Shown: positions 12,238-25,668, counted from the first letter of the whole stretch. The stretch is 63,247 nt of DNA, filler included, from Rhabdomonas costata (GCA_019059605.1; 27 parts of 27 records of this genome joined end to end with filler, not necessarily neighbours in it); one strand, 5' to 3'. The notes: generated from the letters alone by a model not told the origin. Numbers and translations: made by a program.

Positions 12238-13956
12238 TAAAGCCTCGAGCGTGGACAGGTCCAACACGGGGAAGGCCAGCACAGGACTGCGCTTCCGCAG
12301 CGCCAGTGACAGCGCAGAGAGCACCCCGCTGCTGCCCAGCCGCGTCAGCACCCCGCTGCCGCTGCCGAGGCACCCCAGCTCCGCTAGGGCCTGCACAGCC
12401 TCCACTGGAGCCCCTGGGCAGAGCTCAGGGCGTCCTCCTTTAATTTGACATTTTTTGGGAAAAACTGCGCCGATGGGCATGCATTGATGTGAAAATGTAG
12501 TACAGGATGACAACCCGACCATGCACCCGATTTTAGGTGCCTTGAAAACGAAAAGTTGGAAGGCTGCATAGCCGATGGAATAGTGCTTTGAATGGAGGCA
12601 CAAGTACACACCTGTTGAAAATGCTACGCACGCTAATCTCTGTTTCGGGAGGTAACTGGGCTCGCGTGTATTGGCGCCAAAAGGGAAACGAAAGAATCGG
12701 AGTCATAGATGCAACGTGCACATGGAAGATCCCGGCTGGGTGTTCAGACCTGGGGGGTACACAATGTGGCCCGCCCTGCGGAGCTGACACAGCCGCGCCT
12801 CACTCTGAGCAGACACCGCCACCGCCGCCTCCGAGGGAAAGCGTGCGGCCACCTTTCGGATGTTCTCCTCCGCTGAGGGCAGGTCAGCCTGAGCAATCCC
12901 CCCCACCAACATACACCCACTAATCAACACACCCCACCAGCCGTCACTCCATTAAAAATGGTGCAGAAGGAAAGCGACAAGAGAGACAAAAAAAGCGACA
13001 AGTGCAGCGAAAAAAAACCACGAAGCCCAGACCAGAGGCAAACACGCAACTGCATCAACATGTCAAGTCCACCCAAACGGCGCAACAGAGAGTTGCCGCT
13101 GTTGCAACAGAAACAAAAAAGATGTTTGACCAGCACTCAAGAGCCATTGGTTTCAACAGCAAGTCCTTTTCAGTGTCCGGCACTCATTTTTACGTACAAG
13201 TTTTATCTTTGCCCCAAGAATCAGGGAAACAGGAAAAGTTAACTGGGAACCCCATAAAGATAAAAGATAAGATCAGAACACCTTGTTCAGTGCAAGAACG
13301 ATAGGAAACCGCAACCTCAGAAAGTGGGCGACGATGCGATGAACATCCTCGGCACCCCAGCTACGGAGATCTACGGAGAAAAAAGGTTTCACAAACAGTC
13401 TCGGAGCGGTTTCATCTGGAACGTCAAGACACCGGTAAGAGACCAATGCAAACACCATCACACAAAAACAAGAACACCCCAAAAAGATAAAGTGATCATC
13501 ACAGTTTGTCAAGCGGTCAGAGGTGCCACTGAGCATATGGACGGGGAAAGGGGGGGAGGGTGCGTGGGAAGGAGACACCAGAGAGGTCATTTGGGTTCAC
13601 GCCGGCGCGGACAAGCGCGGCAGTGACCAGCCCCTCTTTCGCGTGGTACCCCGTAAACATGAGCTTGAGCTTCTCAGGCCTGCGCCGCAGCACGCCCCAC
13701 TTCGCGCGGAGCCGGTCGAAGATCCAGCTGTGGATCTCGCGGCGCACCCACGCCACATCGTCCACGGGGTCGCCTGAAGGTTTTTTCCAACAAAAACAGC
13801 AAAGTGATGGAAGCAAAACTGAAGTAGCGAAAAGCTCTTCTGAAACCCACACAAACCTCCTCCGTCAGCCACGCCCTCACTGTTAGTATCGCCAGAAACG
13901 TCCACGACATGAATCAGCACATCGGCGTCACACAGGTCGTTGAGAAATTGATTGCC
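12238..13956 (-). CDS. Obg-family GTPase, Ygr210-like; partial, at least 5 exons (13956-13857, 13773-13579, 13370-13282, 12888-12750, 12437-~12238)
   Basis: Spliced product GNQFLNDLCDADVLIHVVDVSGDTNSEG...DPVDDVAWVRREIHSWI...FPIVLALNK|ADLP (G4 NKxD)...GSSGVLSALS...FPVLDL. All four introns are GT-AG with matching phases; the last exon end is uncertain. Confidence 0.88.
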
Positions 13957-14310
13957 CTGCACACATTATGCACACTGAAAAAAAAAACNNNNNNNNNNNN
14001 NNNNNNNNNNNNNNNNNNNNNNNNNNNNNNNNTTAATTAATTAANNNNNNNNNNNNNNNNNNNNNNNNNNNNNNNNNNNNNNNNNNNNGGGTGTTGTTGT
14101 ATCGCGAGCTAAGTATCAGCAAGTCTACCCTAGTTAGACTTGCTGATACTTAGCTCGCGATACAACAACATCTGGCATTGTTACTTGTCGCCTTAGTTGG
14201 CTGGTTCATTGCTTATGGTTATGCATTCGTTAGGTCGCTGTTTTCGTGGGTCTTGCTGTTGTGTCGCTCTCCAAGAAAGCCCAGCAACTGTTCCAACTTG
14301 TATTCCGCAG

Positions 14311-16316
14311 GACCGCAAGGTGGCCGTCATTGGAATGAGCTGCAATCTTCCTGGATCTTGCAATGATCCTCCATCGTTTTGGAGAATGATGCTTGAAAAG
14401 ACAGACTGCACAGAGGAAATTCCCCTTAACCGGTTCGACTACAACGCCTTGTACAACGAGGACTCCTCTGTTGAGGGCACCTTATATGTCAAGCGCGGTT
14501 GTTTCCTTCATGATTCGGAGTACTTTGATGCTCAGGCGTTTGGTATTAGCGCAGCAGAGGCTATTGCAATGGTCCCGGAGCAGCGTTTAATGCTGGAGGC
14601 TGCCCAGTTCGCCTTTGAAGATGCAGGCATTAGCAGGAACGTATTGATGGACTGCAGTTGTGGCGTCTACGTCGGAACAAATTCCTACTTTTTCTCCAAG
14701 CCCGCATCCTACCCAGACGAGTCTGTTTACGTGGATCCTGGAACCTGCGTTGCCATTGTGGCCAACCGCATCTCTTACACGTTTGGCCTGGTTGGTGCCA
14801 GCCTGGCTGTCGATACTGCCTGTTCGGCTTCTCTCGTCGCTTGCCACGTTGCCAGGCATGCGCTGGTGTCAAACGAATGTTCGATGGCTCTCGTGGGGGG
14901 AGTCAACATGTTGTACTCTGTCACCGGATGGACCTGGCTTGCTCGAACTCGTGCGTTGGCTCCAGACGGACGCTGCAAGACGTTCGACGTTTCGGCAAAT
15001 GGGAATGCCCGAGGAGAAGGTGCCGCCGTGGTTCTTCTGAAATGTCTTTCGCAGCTCTCTGGAACGGACCACGTTAATGCTCTTTGCATTGGATCAGCGG
15101 TAAACCAGGACGGTCGGTCTGCTACACTGACAGCACCTCGGTGTGGTGCTCAACAGGCTGTGATCCGCGCGGCAATGAACGAAGCCGGTTCGAGTAGTAC
15201 ATCAATTGCCTTGGCCGAGTGTCACGGAACTGGCACACTTCTTGGGGACCCTATCGAAATTCAAGCGCTGCGGATGGTGAGAAGGTCCCCCAGTCTTGAT
15301 AAACCTGTGTTTTTGGGAGCTTTGAAAACCAACATCGGGCACTTAGAAGCATCAGCTGGAGTCGCTGGGCTTGTTAAGGTGATTTTGGCGTTAAAAAATG
15401 CTTTGATTCCTCCGAACCTCCACATCAGTATGCTGAACCCCCACGTTGATGTTGACGGGTTCCCATGTGTCTTTCCAACCGAACAATACCCGCTTTCCAC
15501 TGAAGGAGACTCACAGGCATCGGTCAGCTCTGTTGGGTTTGGAGGTACGAACTCTCACGTTATTGTGAGCTCCTGTTCAACTTCGGTGCCCAAAGAAATC
15601 CAAAAGCCAACTCGTCAAAAACCTTCGGCACTTCTCTTTTGCGCCGGCGTCGGGCCCCACGCTTTCCTCAGGCAATCAAAGCAAATAGCTACCACCGACC
15701 AGAAGGTGTTCGCCACGAACCTTGATTACACCATCAAGAGTCTTCTGCGGCATCATCGGGTCGGTGGTCGCGCTGTTTGGCCTGCCGCGGCCTACGTCGA
15801 GATGGCCTCGGCTTCCTTCCAGAGGCTGAATCCATGCTTTCGGGCCTGTTGCTTGGAGGAGGTTCGGTTTCTTCGGAAGCTCTGTTGCCCGGATGACGAG
15901 GAGGCGTCGAAAGATTTGAGCGTAGAGTGCACCTTGAATTCCGCCACAGGGCAATTCCAGATCTTGTTTGAAGGGCAATTGTACTGTGAGGGAATGGCTC
16001 TTGGTTTGAGCGGAAGTGAGTTTCCTGAGCGAGAAGCCGGGGCCGAAGTGCTTTCGAGGCTCAAAGATCGTTGCAGACGAAAGGCTGATGTGGCAGTGAT
16101 GTACTCTAAGCTGGCTGATGAAGGGCTTGAATACGGAGAACTGTTTCGCACCGTGGAGGAAGTCCAAATTGGGCAAAGCGAACTTCTTGCCCGTCTGAGG
16201 GCCCCGAAGGGACGCTTTGGGGAGTATTACGTGCATCCTGGCGTTCTGGATGGTGCTTTTCAGCTGACGGGTCTTCTTTGTACGGGCGAGGGTAGGATCC
16301 CGGCGCAGATCAAGCG
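14311..16316 (+). CDS. Type I modular polyketide synthase fragment: ketosynthase directly followed by dehydratase (no AT domain); single large exon, truncated at the contig end
   Basis: KS motifs VAVIGMSCNLPG, DTACSAS (catalytic Cys), HGTGTLLGDPIE and KTNIGHLE. DH motifs HHRVGGRAVWPAAAY (HxxxGxxxxP) and HPGVLDGAFQ. A TTCCGCAG acceptor lies immediately before the KS start. Confidence 0.95.
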
Positions 16317-19267
16317 GGGATCCTACCCACACCCACNNNNNNNNNNNNNNNNNNNNNNNNNNNNNNNNNNNNNNNNNNNNTTAATTAATTAANNNNNNNN
16401 NNNNNNNNNNNNNNNNNNNNNNNNNNNNNNNNNNNNGGTGTGGGGGTGGTGGGCAGCAATAATGAGAAGAGGGAGGACGGAATTGGAGCTCAGCTATCGG
16501 CTGCGTAACACAGTTTCATACGGTTACATACACGCACACACAGCAGCTCCATACATGAGCCAGACCTTACTTGTGCACTCACATACTCCTACATCACAGA
16601 TGTGCGCTGGCGTACGAAGGTGCATATCAAACCCCAAGGGGTTTTGATACATTTACCTCTCGTATGCGAGCAGAGGCTTTGGGCAGAGTTCTGACCTCCA
16701 CCTCACCTCACGTACCCCCCACACACACGCACCTTCATCTGCTTCCGTGGTTCGTGCTGTTGTGGTTTTTCCGTGGTTTGTGCGTTTTCCTACGACGTGC
16801 CCGTGCATCGTGTTTTTCCTTTTGAATTTTTGTTTCTGTTTTTGTGCAAATATACGCATACCACACACTTCCATTTTGCGGATTCGGGTCAGGCAACTAA
16901 CCGCCCCCCTCCCACCCCCTTTCATCCTTGCCTTACAGCACACTGTATGCTTTCAGATTTCAGATTCACCGCTTTCAGATTCACCCGGCAACACACACAT
17001 ACGCATGCGAATAATCCCGTACACTAGAAACGCAGAAGCGGGGCCTCAAGAGGGGCCCAGAAAAAAAGTGGATCTCGAAAACTGCATACAGAACCCGCCG
17101 CGCACCTGACGTCACGGTACGATCGGGGTTATGCTGAACTTCCTCTGCCCTTCCACTTGCGACTTGCGATCCTGCTAATTTCTCTGCACCCCGAGTCCAC
17201 CACGTTTTCAGCACATTTGTCGTGGAGGAGAGAAGGAGTGCTTGAAGTTGTGAGGGGTGTCGGTCGAGGAAGGAAGGCGTACCTCGGAGATGTCCGTTCC
17301 CGTTTTTAGCGTTCACATACACTCTGCGGGTTTTCTATTTTTCCCATTGTCTACTATGAAGGTTTGTCTCCATTGTGTCAGTCAGTCATCCCACCCTCAT
17401 TTTTGTGTTCGTCCCTGTCTCTCGTTGTCCGGTATGGAAGGCACGCTGTACTGGCTTTTATCTTTTTTGTTTTTCACACCTTTTCGTTTTTTTGCGTGAC
17501 CTCACCGCTTTTCACTGATCTGTTCTTTGAAATTCGTCCTGGGGTTGCATCAAAAAGAGGTTTCCCCCGGGAGTGTGAGAACAGGGGTGGGAGGGCTCCA
17601 AGTTGAACGGAAAGCAGGACTCTCGGGTCTTGCTGCCTGCACAGAAACTATATTGGGGTGTTCGGGCACGGGGCGCGCAACCGTCCTGGACGGACAAAAG
17701 AGGGTAGCACCCCCTCGACAGGGGTTACACAAGTCTGCCCTCGCGTTTGTTTCTGTTTTCCGTTGTTTTTTCTTTCATAACGTTTTCTCAATTTTCTGTG
17801 CCAGTGGTGCTGTGCTTTGCTTTTTGGTTTGCTGGCTTCCAATTTGGGCTGTTCCTGTTCCAACCTCCTCTTGACCTGCGTTGCGTGAGCCTTCAACTGA
17901 GCTTGACTTTCCGTGACGGTAGATGGCACTGGGAGTGCCCTGTTTGGCGGGCCGCCAGATAGCGTGTGAGTTTCGGCGCAGTGCATCTCCCATGTTGTCT
18001 GGATCAAAGAATTCGGTGTAGAAGAAGATGATGATGACCAAGATGCCAGGGCACCGCTGCCGGATCACACGCTGTGCTTTCGACGACAGCATTTAAATTT
18101 TCTCTGTGAAGTTGTGAAGGGCGGCGATAAATCAATGACCTTTTTCCTCAGGCAGTGCGATACCAACGCATTTGTTTATGCTTTTGCCTCCGAGACACTT
18201 ATATGCATCTAGTGAAGGGGTTGAAGGGGATGGCCTCTCCCTCTGCCCACAGCTGTCGACTTTTCTGTTGCAGTTGAAAAATGGTTCCTACGGTTCCTAC
18301 ACCAGGCGTCGCCCATCCCCTCTGCTGCCCCCTCCGCGACCCGACGTGGAGGGGAACCTCGAAAAGCCTGCTCCAACCGAAGAGCTATCGCCTGAAGAGG
18401 AGTCCTTTGTGGACTCGATGTTGCTGGCCTTCTACTTTCCGGACACCTCTGCGCTGCCCTGCCCACAGATCTACGTCCGGGAGGTCCCCGTGGAGACACC
18501 CCCACGTTTCTGGGTGTTTCCCGGCGTGCCGTGGTCTTTGCGAGACGCCCTGTCCAGGGTGTGGCATCGCACTTAACCGCGGAGGAACAAGCGCAGGGAT
18601 CCCATGGATGTCGCTGCCAGGGAAACCGCATCGTCGAGGACATGGATGTTGTAATAGTTCAGGTTTTGGTGTTTACACAAACACNNNNNNNNNNNNNNNN
18701 NNNNNNNNNNNNNNNNNNNNNNNNNNNNTTAATTAATTAANNNNNNNNNNNNNNNNNNNNNNNNNNNNNNNNNNNNNNNNNNNNGGGTGTGGTGTTCCGG
18801 TTTTTCTGAATTGACGTGCTGTGGAGCCTTGAATTGGATGCTTCGGGGCAGAGCCTCTCCCCCAAAGCAAGTGGGCTCTGATTTTGGTACGTGACGTGGT
18901 TTTGCTATTGATGGGTGGTCTTTTTAATCGGATCGTGTTTGTTTACAGAGATGCACGACAATTTGCCTGCGAGCGCCAACCGGGAGATTCCAGTATGGCA
19001 ACCTCTGTCTCTCGTCATCACCCCCCCCCCCAGTTCTTTCATCGTCGTCAGGTATACTGTAAGAGTTGTATAATGTTCACGGGATAATAAAAGTTGGTAC
19101 ATCGTCTGGTTAAGAATCGCATCCTTCTCTTTATTGCTGCACTTCTTGACTTACTTCGGGATTGGATTGTCTTCGCAGGAAAGTCACAAAGTACTTTGAA
19201 TATGATTCAAGCTTTTGCCCTCCCTGGGCGGGCTTTGGTATACCATTTTTATTTCCATTTTTTCCAG

Positions 19268-20239
19268 CGAGAGGTTCCGCTCTGGAAACGGCGCCTCCTA
19301 GCGAAGGTCTCCAGCGCGCTGGACACAGCCCCAGGTGCGTTAACTTTCAGTTTCCTTCTCGCTCCTTTTCCGATGGTGTTTCTCTCTTTCACTCAAACTC
19401 CGTCACCAGCTCGTCTAACTCCGCGAGCACGTGAGCGCATTAAACATTAAATTGTGACAGTCTTTCAGTCCGAAAATACAATTCCATCGATGAAAGTGAT
19501 GTCCTACAGCTCAGCTTTGCTGGATGTGTTCGAGGCTCACATATGTGGAGGCAGTAAGAATCCTCGCTCGTTGGTTTTGTTACAGATCAGGTCACTGGGC
19601 CTCCTCATGCCCAGCACAGGCAGCTGTACTATCTGCAGGAGCTGAAGCACCAGCTGCACAACGGTTGGCTCCCGTTTGCACTTCCTCACGGCTGTTCCAT
19701 TCACACCATCCAGTCAAGCAAGCTTTTCTCTGTCGAATAGGTTCTATTTTCACCTCTCCAGGATCGCAACCCTAAATTTTGGTGTTTCTAGGGGGTGTGG
19801 TGGGCTGGTCAGGTGACATAGCAATCACCCTTCAGTGAAACAAACGCTTTACCCACGGATTCAAGCTTCTCGCATCGATGATGCAAGAGCGGACACACAA
19901 AATCAAAAGAGACGGTTGTGAAAGAAGCGTTTGTTTTTTCTTTTTTACTGCCTGTTTTCGAAAGTTCGTACGCAGTTAAGGGGCAATCTCGAAAAGCCAC
20001 ACTTGGCTTCTGCTGCAGAGCTTCTGGGCTACACCGCTGCTCCTGTGGCTGCCGAGGAAAGTCCTGACACCCTGCTGGCCCAAACATGTCCCTCGCACCG
20101 CCCCTTGGCGGAGATCTCGACCAGCGCAGGGGCGACTCTGTCAGGGACGCCAAAGCGGTCGAAGTGCCCCCCGAAGGGGTGCTGCCCAGCATCCATTGCC
20201 GGGCAGCCGGGGACGGCGACGGGAGGAACCCGCAGAAAG
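19268..20239 (+). CDS. Hypothetical protein, putative exons 19268-19334, 19461-19553, 19586-19663, 20019-20239
   Basis: GT-AG introns with compatible phases give an open frame REVPLWKRRLL...VFQSENT...RQLYYLQELKHQLHN...ELLGYTAAP. No family recognised. Confidence 0.4.
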
Positions 20240-21468
20240 GTCTCCCTGAAGGGTTTTGCTTTTGGCTTGATGTGAAACTGATCGATGCTGATGAGATGGA
20301 ACTGTTTTACGTTTATTCGCTTGTGATAAATCGTAATGCTCCTCTTGGGATTTGGTGCTGCTCGCAATGGTTCTGCCGCTTGGATTGCAGCTGCTCTGTC
20401 GGACTTCTTATTCTTACTTCTTCTACCTACTATTTGTGGCCAATATAACAACTTTTGCTCCCGCCTGAAGAATTTCCCTTACATCAACCTCTCTGTTCTC
20501 CTAACGGTTCATCTTTTGGACGCAGGCTGAAATTAGGCAACGCCTCCGTTCCATGTACCACATTTTTTTGCTCCGCGCGTGCGTTCCAACCACACATACA
20601 CGCACTCAAACGGGTGGGGTTCCCAGCGAGGCGCGGTGCAGCCCCCAGGCGGCCGAGTGATGGAACCCACCCACAGCTCCTCTCAGAGGGTAAGGCGCCG
20701 GTACGGCGCGTCCTCCTCGGCACCACTGGAGCAGACCATTCTGGCCCACCACACCCTGGCAACCCAGACCCACAGCAACTTCCACCACGGCGCTTATTCT
20801 GGGAAGGTGGCTCTATTTGTGTATGAATGGGACGTACTATCTCACTGTTCACGGTGCCCCTGCTGCGCTGCGGCGTAAGAACCGTCTGTGAATGTTGTCC
20901 CCATGTATAAGAAAACACCACACTCTCCCTCCTCGCATGGATGCAGAACCTCTTCTTGATATTTTTTATAGCTCATAGGCAAACTCTCCTTGCATATACA
21001 CACACAAAATAGATGGTGACACCAGCAACACANNNNNNNNNNNNNNNNNNNNNNNNNNNNNNNNNNNNNNNNNNNNTTAATTAATTAANNNNNNNNNNNN
21101 NNNNNNNNNNNNNNNNNNNNNNNNNNNNNNNNTTTTTTTTGGAAGAACCACACACCCAGCTCTTCCAAAAAAAAAAGCTTCTCCAAAAAATGCTCACACC
21201 CCACGGGCAGCAATATCCGTGGCCACCATGATGTCGCAGCCCCCTTTCTGTGAGCAGAAACAAGAGATGGAGAACAGATGCTAAACAGGTCATGACGACA
21301 GACACTGGTATGTCACCAGGGATCGAACAGAACAGCGGCCGGGGCGTTTGACATGACTCGGGTACGGCCGTGAGGAGTCCGGTTGGCATCAGAGAAGCGC
21401 ATCCCCAAAGAGTGTGCAAGCCTTGAAAAGGAGAGCGTGTGTGTGGGAATGAGGTTGAAGATGAGCAC

Positions 21469-23297
21469 CTTGAAGGCGTCCAGGGCATCGGAGCGGGCGT
21501 CCTGGGACTTCCCGCCACGCAGCGTGATCACGCTGTGGCCCTCACTCTCAATCAGCCGAGCCACCTGCTCCACCTGTGGGTCCCGGCAACAGCAGCACCA
21601 ACATCAGTTTCTGTGTGTGTGTGTGTCCCTTGACTATCCCAAGTGAAGCACAATCATTTGTTTCCGTCTCGCAATGTGGGCGGCGCCAACACTCTTTCAA
21701 AGAGCTGTCCCTCGGCCCCAATGGTCTAAGGAGAGCATTCTTTTTGGAGGATGGCCAAACAGCCAAAGCAAGCAATGCTTGCCCCCAGCCTGGAAGCCGC
21801 GTGCCTTCCGAAATGGATGCTCCTTAACATCCGAAATCAACCTTCGTATCATCCATCAGTGTTTACCACGTTTTCCCTCATCCTTCGTCATTTTTGTTTA
21901 ACCCCAACGGCTGTTTAGGTCAGGCTCATGGCGTATTAAAAAGCCGGTTTTCCCACCATCAGGGCACGGCAGAGGAGGCTGTCGTGAGCTTTCTTTGAGA
22001 GTGTGCTGCAGTATCCGTCGCAATCGCCCCATCAGACAACAGCGTAGACACCTCAGACTAACATTGGATTGTCGAAGGGGGTATGCTGCAATGTGACACA
22101 GGGCCGTTTTTGTTGGGGACACTTTCAGCTTTCGGTGGGACATTGGTTTTGGCTCTTGCAGTACCGAGCAGACAGCCCTCACGATCACTATTATCCCGAA
22201 GCAAATATAAAAACAGAGCATTGGAACACAAAACAAATATCAGTTCCTGAGCCTCGGGGGCGAGTGCGGGGAATGAGGGGGTGCCGAGACCTTCTCCCTT
22301 TGGTTGCAGAACACAATGATGGGGGGGTCGCTGGAGATCAGGAGCTGCAGCAGGAGCTGCTTCTTGTTATGCTCGGAGGTGACCCACTCGACGCGCTGCT
22401 CGATCTTGTCGATCGGGGTCCCGACCTCCCCGATCTGCACGTGCAGCGGGCGCCGCAGGTACCGCATCGCCAGCTTCTCTACCGCCATCGGCATCGTCGC
22501 GCTGAACATGAACGTCTGCGAAAGAGGTGTGTGTGAGGGGTGCACGTTGTGCTGGTTGATGCGGAGGTCTTGTGACCTCTTGTGACCTAAGTAACCAACC
22601 AATTAATTGGAGTGGACATGTTGCGGGGCATTGCTGATTATGAGTGTGCATTGAAGAGTCCGGCTTCCGCTGGTACATTTTGGCAACTCGATACCCAACG
22701 CGGCGATGCCTATACTGAGCCTCATTTGAAATTTTTACATTGACTCTTCATTGGTTCGCACCCAACAACCGGAAAGTGCCGTGAGCACCGATAATCCATC
22801 CGCGAAAAACGCCTCATTTCTTTGTGGTGCCATCTCGGCGCAATGGCGTGGAGAGCCAAGAGCAAATGCCGGAAATGAATTGTGTGTCTCAGACAGACTG
22901 GGATGATTGAACGCCTGTGGCCTGAACGGGACACCTTCGGAAACACTTGGTCGCAGCAGGTGCCACCATTGGGGTGGTTATGCGGGGGCGGGGGCGTGAA
23001 GTTAAGAATGGCGCCTTCCGCCCAGCAAGCTGTCAGTTGAGTGCCTGCACGTCTTAAGTTGCGCGGATGTGTGGGAAGAGCGCACTAGTCTGTGTAGGTG
23101 TGTGATTAGCGTTTTCCACGTCAATTACACAGGAGGACAGACAGAGCAGGGCGTAGAAGGGCCGTGAGGATGGGGTGGGAGGCGGGGAGAAAAACCTGGC
23201 GATAGATTCGGTCCTTCTCCTCCTGCTCCTCATTCTCCGGCCTTAGGTTGCTGCTGGGCATGAACTCAAACACCGACCTGACCTGCGGCTCAAAGCC
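21469..23297 (-). CDS. DDX23: DEAD-box RNA helicase Prp28/DDX23; partial, exons 23297-23196, 22515-22291, 21573-21469
   Basis: GFEPQV...MPSSNLRPENEEQE...YRQ|TFMFSATMP (motif III)...LAMRYLRRP...IEQRV...PPIIVFCNQ (motif IV)...LRGGKSQDAR. The MP-x-x-N-L-K/R-P and YRQT-x-MFSATMP segments are characteristic of Prp28; introns are GT-AG. Confidence 0.9.
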
Positions 23298-23490
23298 CTG
23301 CAATCCCAACAACCCCCACGTATCCATCCCATCCCATCCCTCAAAGCATACGAGTCACGAGTCGGATACCACCCCAACCCNNNNNNNNNNNNNNNNNNNN
23401 NNNNNNNNNNNNNNNNNNNNNNNNTTAATTAATTAANNNNNNNNNNNNNNNNNNNNNNNNNNNNNNNNNNNNNNNNNNNNGGGGTTTGTG

Positions 23491-24040
23491 CGGAAGCCTG
23501 CAGCGGTGTACCGCGTGGTTGCATGGCTGTTCCCGAACCCTCAGCACTACGATCCCAAGGGCAGGATGACTTTCGATCAGCAAGCCGATCGCTTGCGATT
23601 GCTTCCAATCTGAACTTTTCGAAGCCTCGATTGATCGGGGAGGAGCTTGATGACGAATGACGCTTCTTCTTCTTCTTCCGGGCATTGCCATGGGTGAGTT
23701 ATTTTCAGCTGGCTGATCACGCAGGGGTCGCAGAAACGGTCACATTGAAGGCGCGATGTATGACTATGGGATTCCGGGTGTGGCCTAGATCTTGCTTACC
23801 AACGTCGACAATGCGGAGGTCATCCGCGGCTTCCCCACACCCAACGTTGCGACTCAATTTGTGATCGAGAATGCGTTGGTTGCTTACATCTCTCCGCTGA
23901 GCTACTTCCCGGAGGAGGAGGAGGAGGTTCTTTTCCACCGATGTCTCGTTACCTGATACGTGAGGTAGAGAGGAACTTCTCACGTAACCCAGACAAAGTG
24001 ACACTAGTGTACCTCAGCCCTTACACTCCGCTACCGCCTG
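23491..24040 (+). pseudogene. Decayed R-S-E clade ADP-ribosyltransferase domain
   Basis: VYRVVAWLFPNP (VYRG-like strand 1), I*TFRS (W-x-F-x-S-like) and YISPLSYFPEEEEEVLF[fs]PMSRYLIREV (ISxxSxFPxExEVLxPP). The sequence has stops and frameshifts. Confidence 0.65.
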
Positions 24041-25365
24041 GAGCCGCTAGTCTTGGGCTATGGTCCAGTCTGGTTGGCTGCGGTGGGCTGGGACAGCCTT
24101 CCCATTCCGGTGTGATGAGTCCGAACAACCCGCTCGTGGCCCCGTTGTAGGGTTGATTGTGCATGCGGTTTTGAGGTGCCTTTGTCATGCATTGCACTAC
24201 TGCTGCGATTCTTGTTTGTCCTTGCTGACCGTGAACCTTCGTTGTCGGTGATTCGCTCTCTTTCTCTTGTTTCCACCGAGTTGTTTAGCTTTGGTCTGCT
24301 TTTGATTTCGGGTCTCTTGCCGTCAATAAGATATCGTCATTTTTGGTCTTTTCGGCCACCCATTATTGATCCTGAGTGGCGTCGCCGAGACTTGTTTCCC
24401 TCTTCAATTAGGGCCACCCATCGAAATATCGCCGCACTCGAACGAGAACCTCTCCTTCCTTCGTTAGTTCATGCAAATGGCAGCGATCTAACATTCGTCA
24501 GGCGCGGCTGGTTTCTGTTCAGGGTCCATGCACAAGAAATGTAAAAGGGCTCACCCAATGGCCTAACAAATCCTATCACCCCAAAAAGGCTGCTCCCCAT
24601 TGCGGTGGCGTTTGAGGACGCGTAACGGTCGTACGTTTATGGTTTTTTGAGTGTTGGTTGCACCATTTGATGTCTTAGTGGTGGAGGTGGTAGTGGAGCA
24701 ACACTGCCTGGCAGGCCTTGTTACTTCCAGCATATTTAGAACCTATTCCGTCTGATCCCTACCGGGTGTGGTTGCTATCGGACGACTTTTTTTTCTACAT
24801 CTTCTTCTTGTATCCCCCCCCACCCCGCGGAGATGGGATTCGTTGGGACCTGCTCCTGTCTGGTTCTCATGGTGCTGTGCACCATAATGCCTGTCTTCGC
24901 TGTATGGCCTGTTTCTTTGGGCAGTGCAGTGGGGAAGCCCAGCCTTCCGGAGAGCCGCGTCGCCCCGCTTTGTATGGGCCCGCAATCCTCGTTCTCCACC
25001 CACTCGTCCAGCTTTGTTGCCTTTTCGATATAACGCTCGTCCAACAGTATGCTTTTTGGGGGATAGGTCACATCAGCAGTAGCAACCCGTTGTTCACTTT
25101 CTAGTGTTTCTCACCGGAAGTGGAAAACGTGTCGTCTTTAAGAAAAGCGTAGATTTGTGCATTTGTGCAGTGTAGCGAATAATGTTTGGAGCTGTTTCAT
25201 TATCCGAAAGTGCATCCGTACGGTTGTATCCCGACCTGAAGCAGCACAGCTGAGGAGGAAACGAGGGGAGCGTCGCCTCGCTTGATGTGTATGGAAATGA
25301 CTTTCTGTCTTTCGCTTCCTTTTTGTATTTTGCTTTGTGCAGCCGTTCCATGCAACCTTTCGGTC

Positions 25366-25668
25366 ATGGGCTTCTCCGAGGGGCAGATCTGGCTGTTCGT
25401 GCCGTGTGGGGATGGCCCATTCCTGGGCCGTCCCTACTACATGGAGTTTTGTGCCGACACGTCTATCGTTACCGCTAAGCTGTGGTACCACCCCACTCTT
25501 GGTTGGGTCTACAACTTTGCGTTGAACTCTTCGCTTAACATTCACGCCCGGAACGTCCAGGATGTGCCCACGCCTGATCAGCTTACCGCGCCTTGGTTTG
25601 TATTGAGACAGAACCCCGACCTTAACGAATTTGATCTATCGGCTGACCCCGCAGCACGGACGCTGTGT
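25366..25668 (+). CDS. Hypothetical protein N-terminal fragment
   Basis: Open frame MGFSEGQIWLFVPCGDGPFLGRPYYMEF... downstream of a TGCAG acceptor-like site; the 3' end runs into a fold-back artefact. Confidence 0.3.

Noticed and set aside
14092-14170. Perfect 36-bp hairpin (14092-14127 / 14135-14170) upstream of the PKS
   Set aside because: It sits at the contig start and ends in the G/T primer zone. The same pattern recurs at other contig ends, so a fold-back artefact is more likely than a regulatory RNA.
16290-16336. 12-bp inverted repeat and GSYPHP tail at the end of the PKS ORF
   Set aside because: Terminal fold-back plus primer; these residues are probably not genomic.
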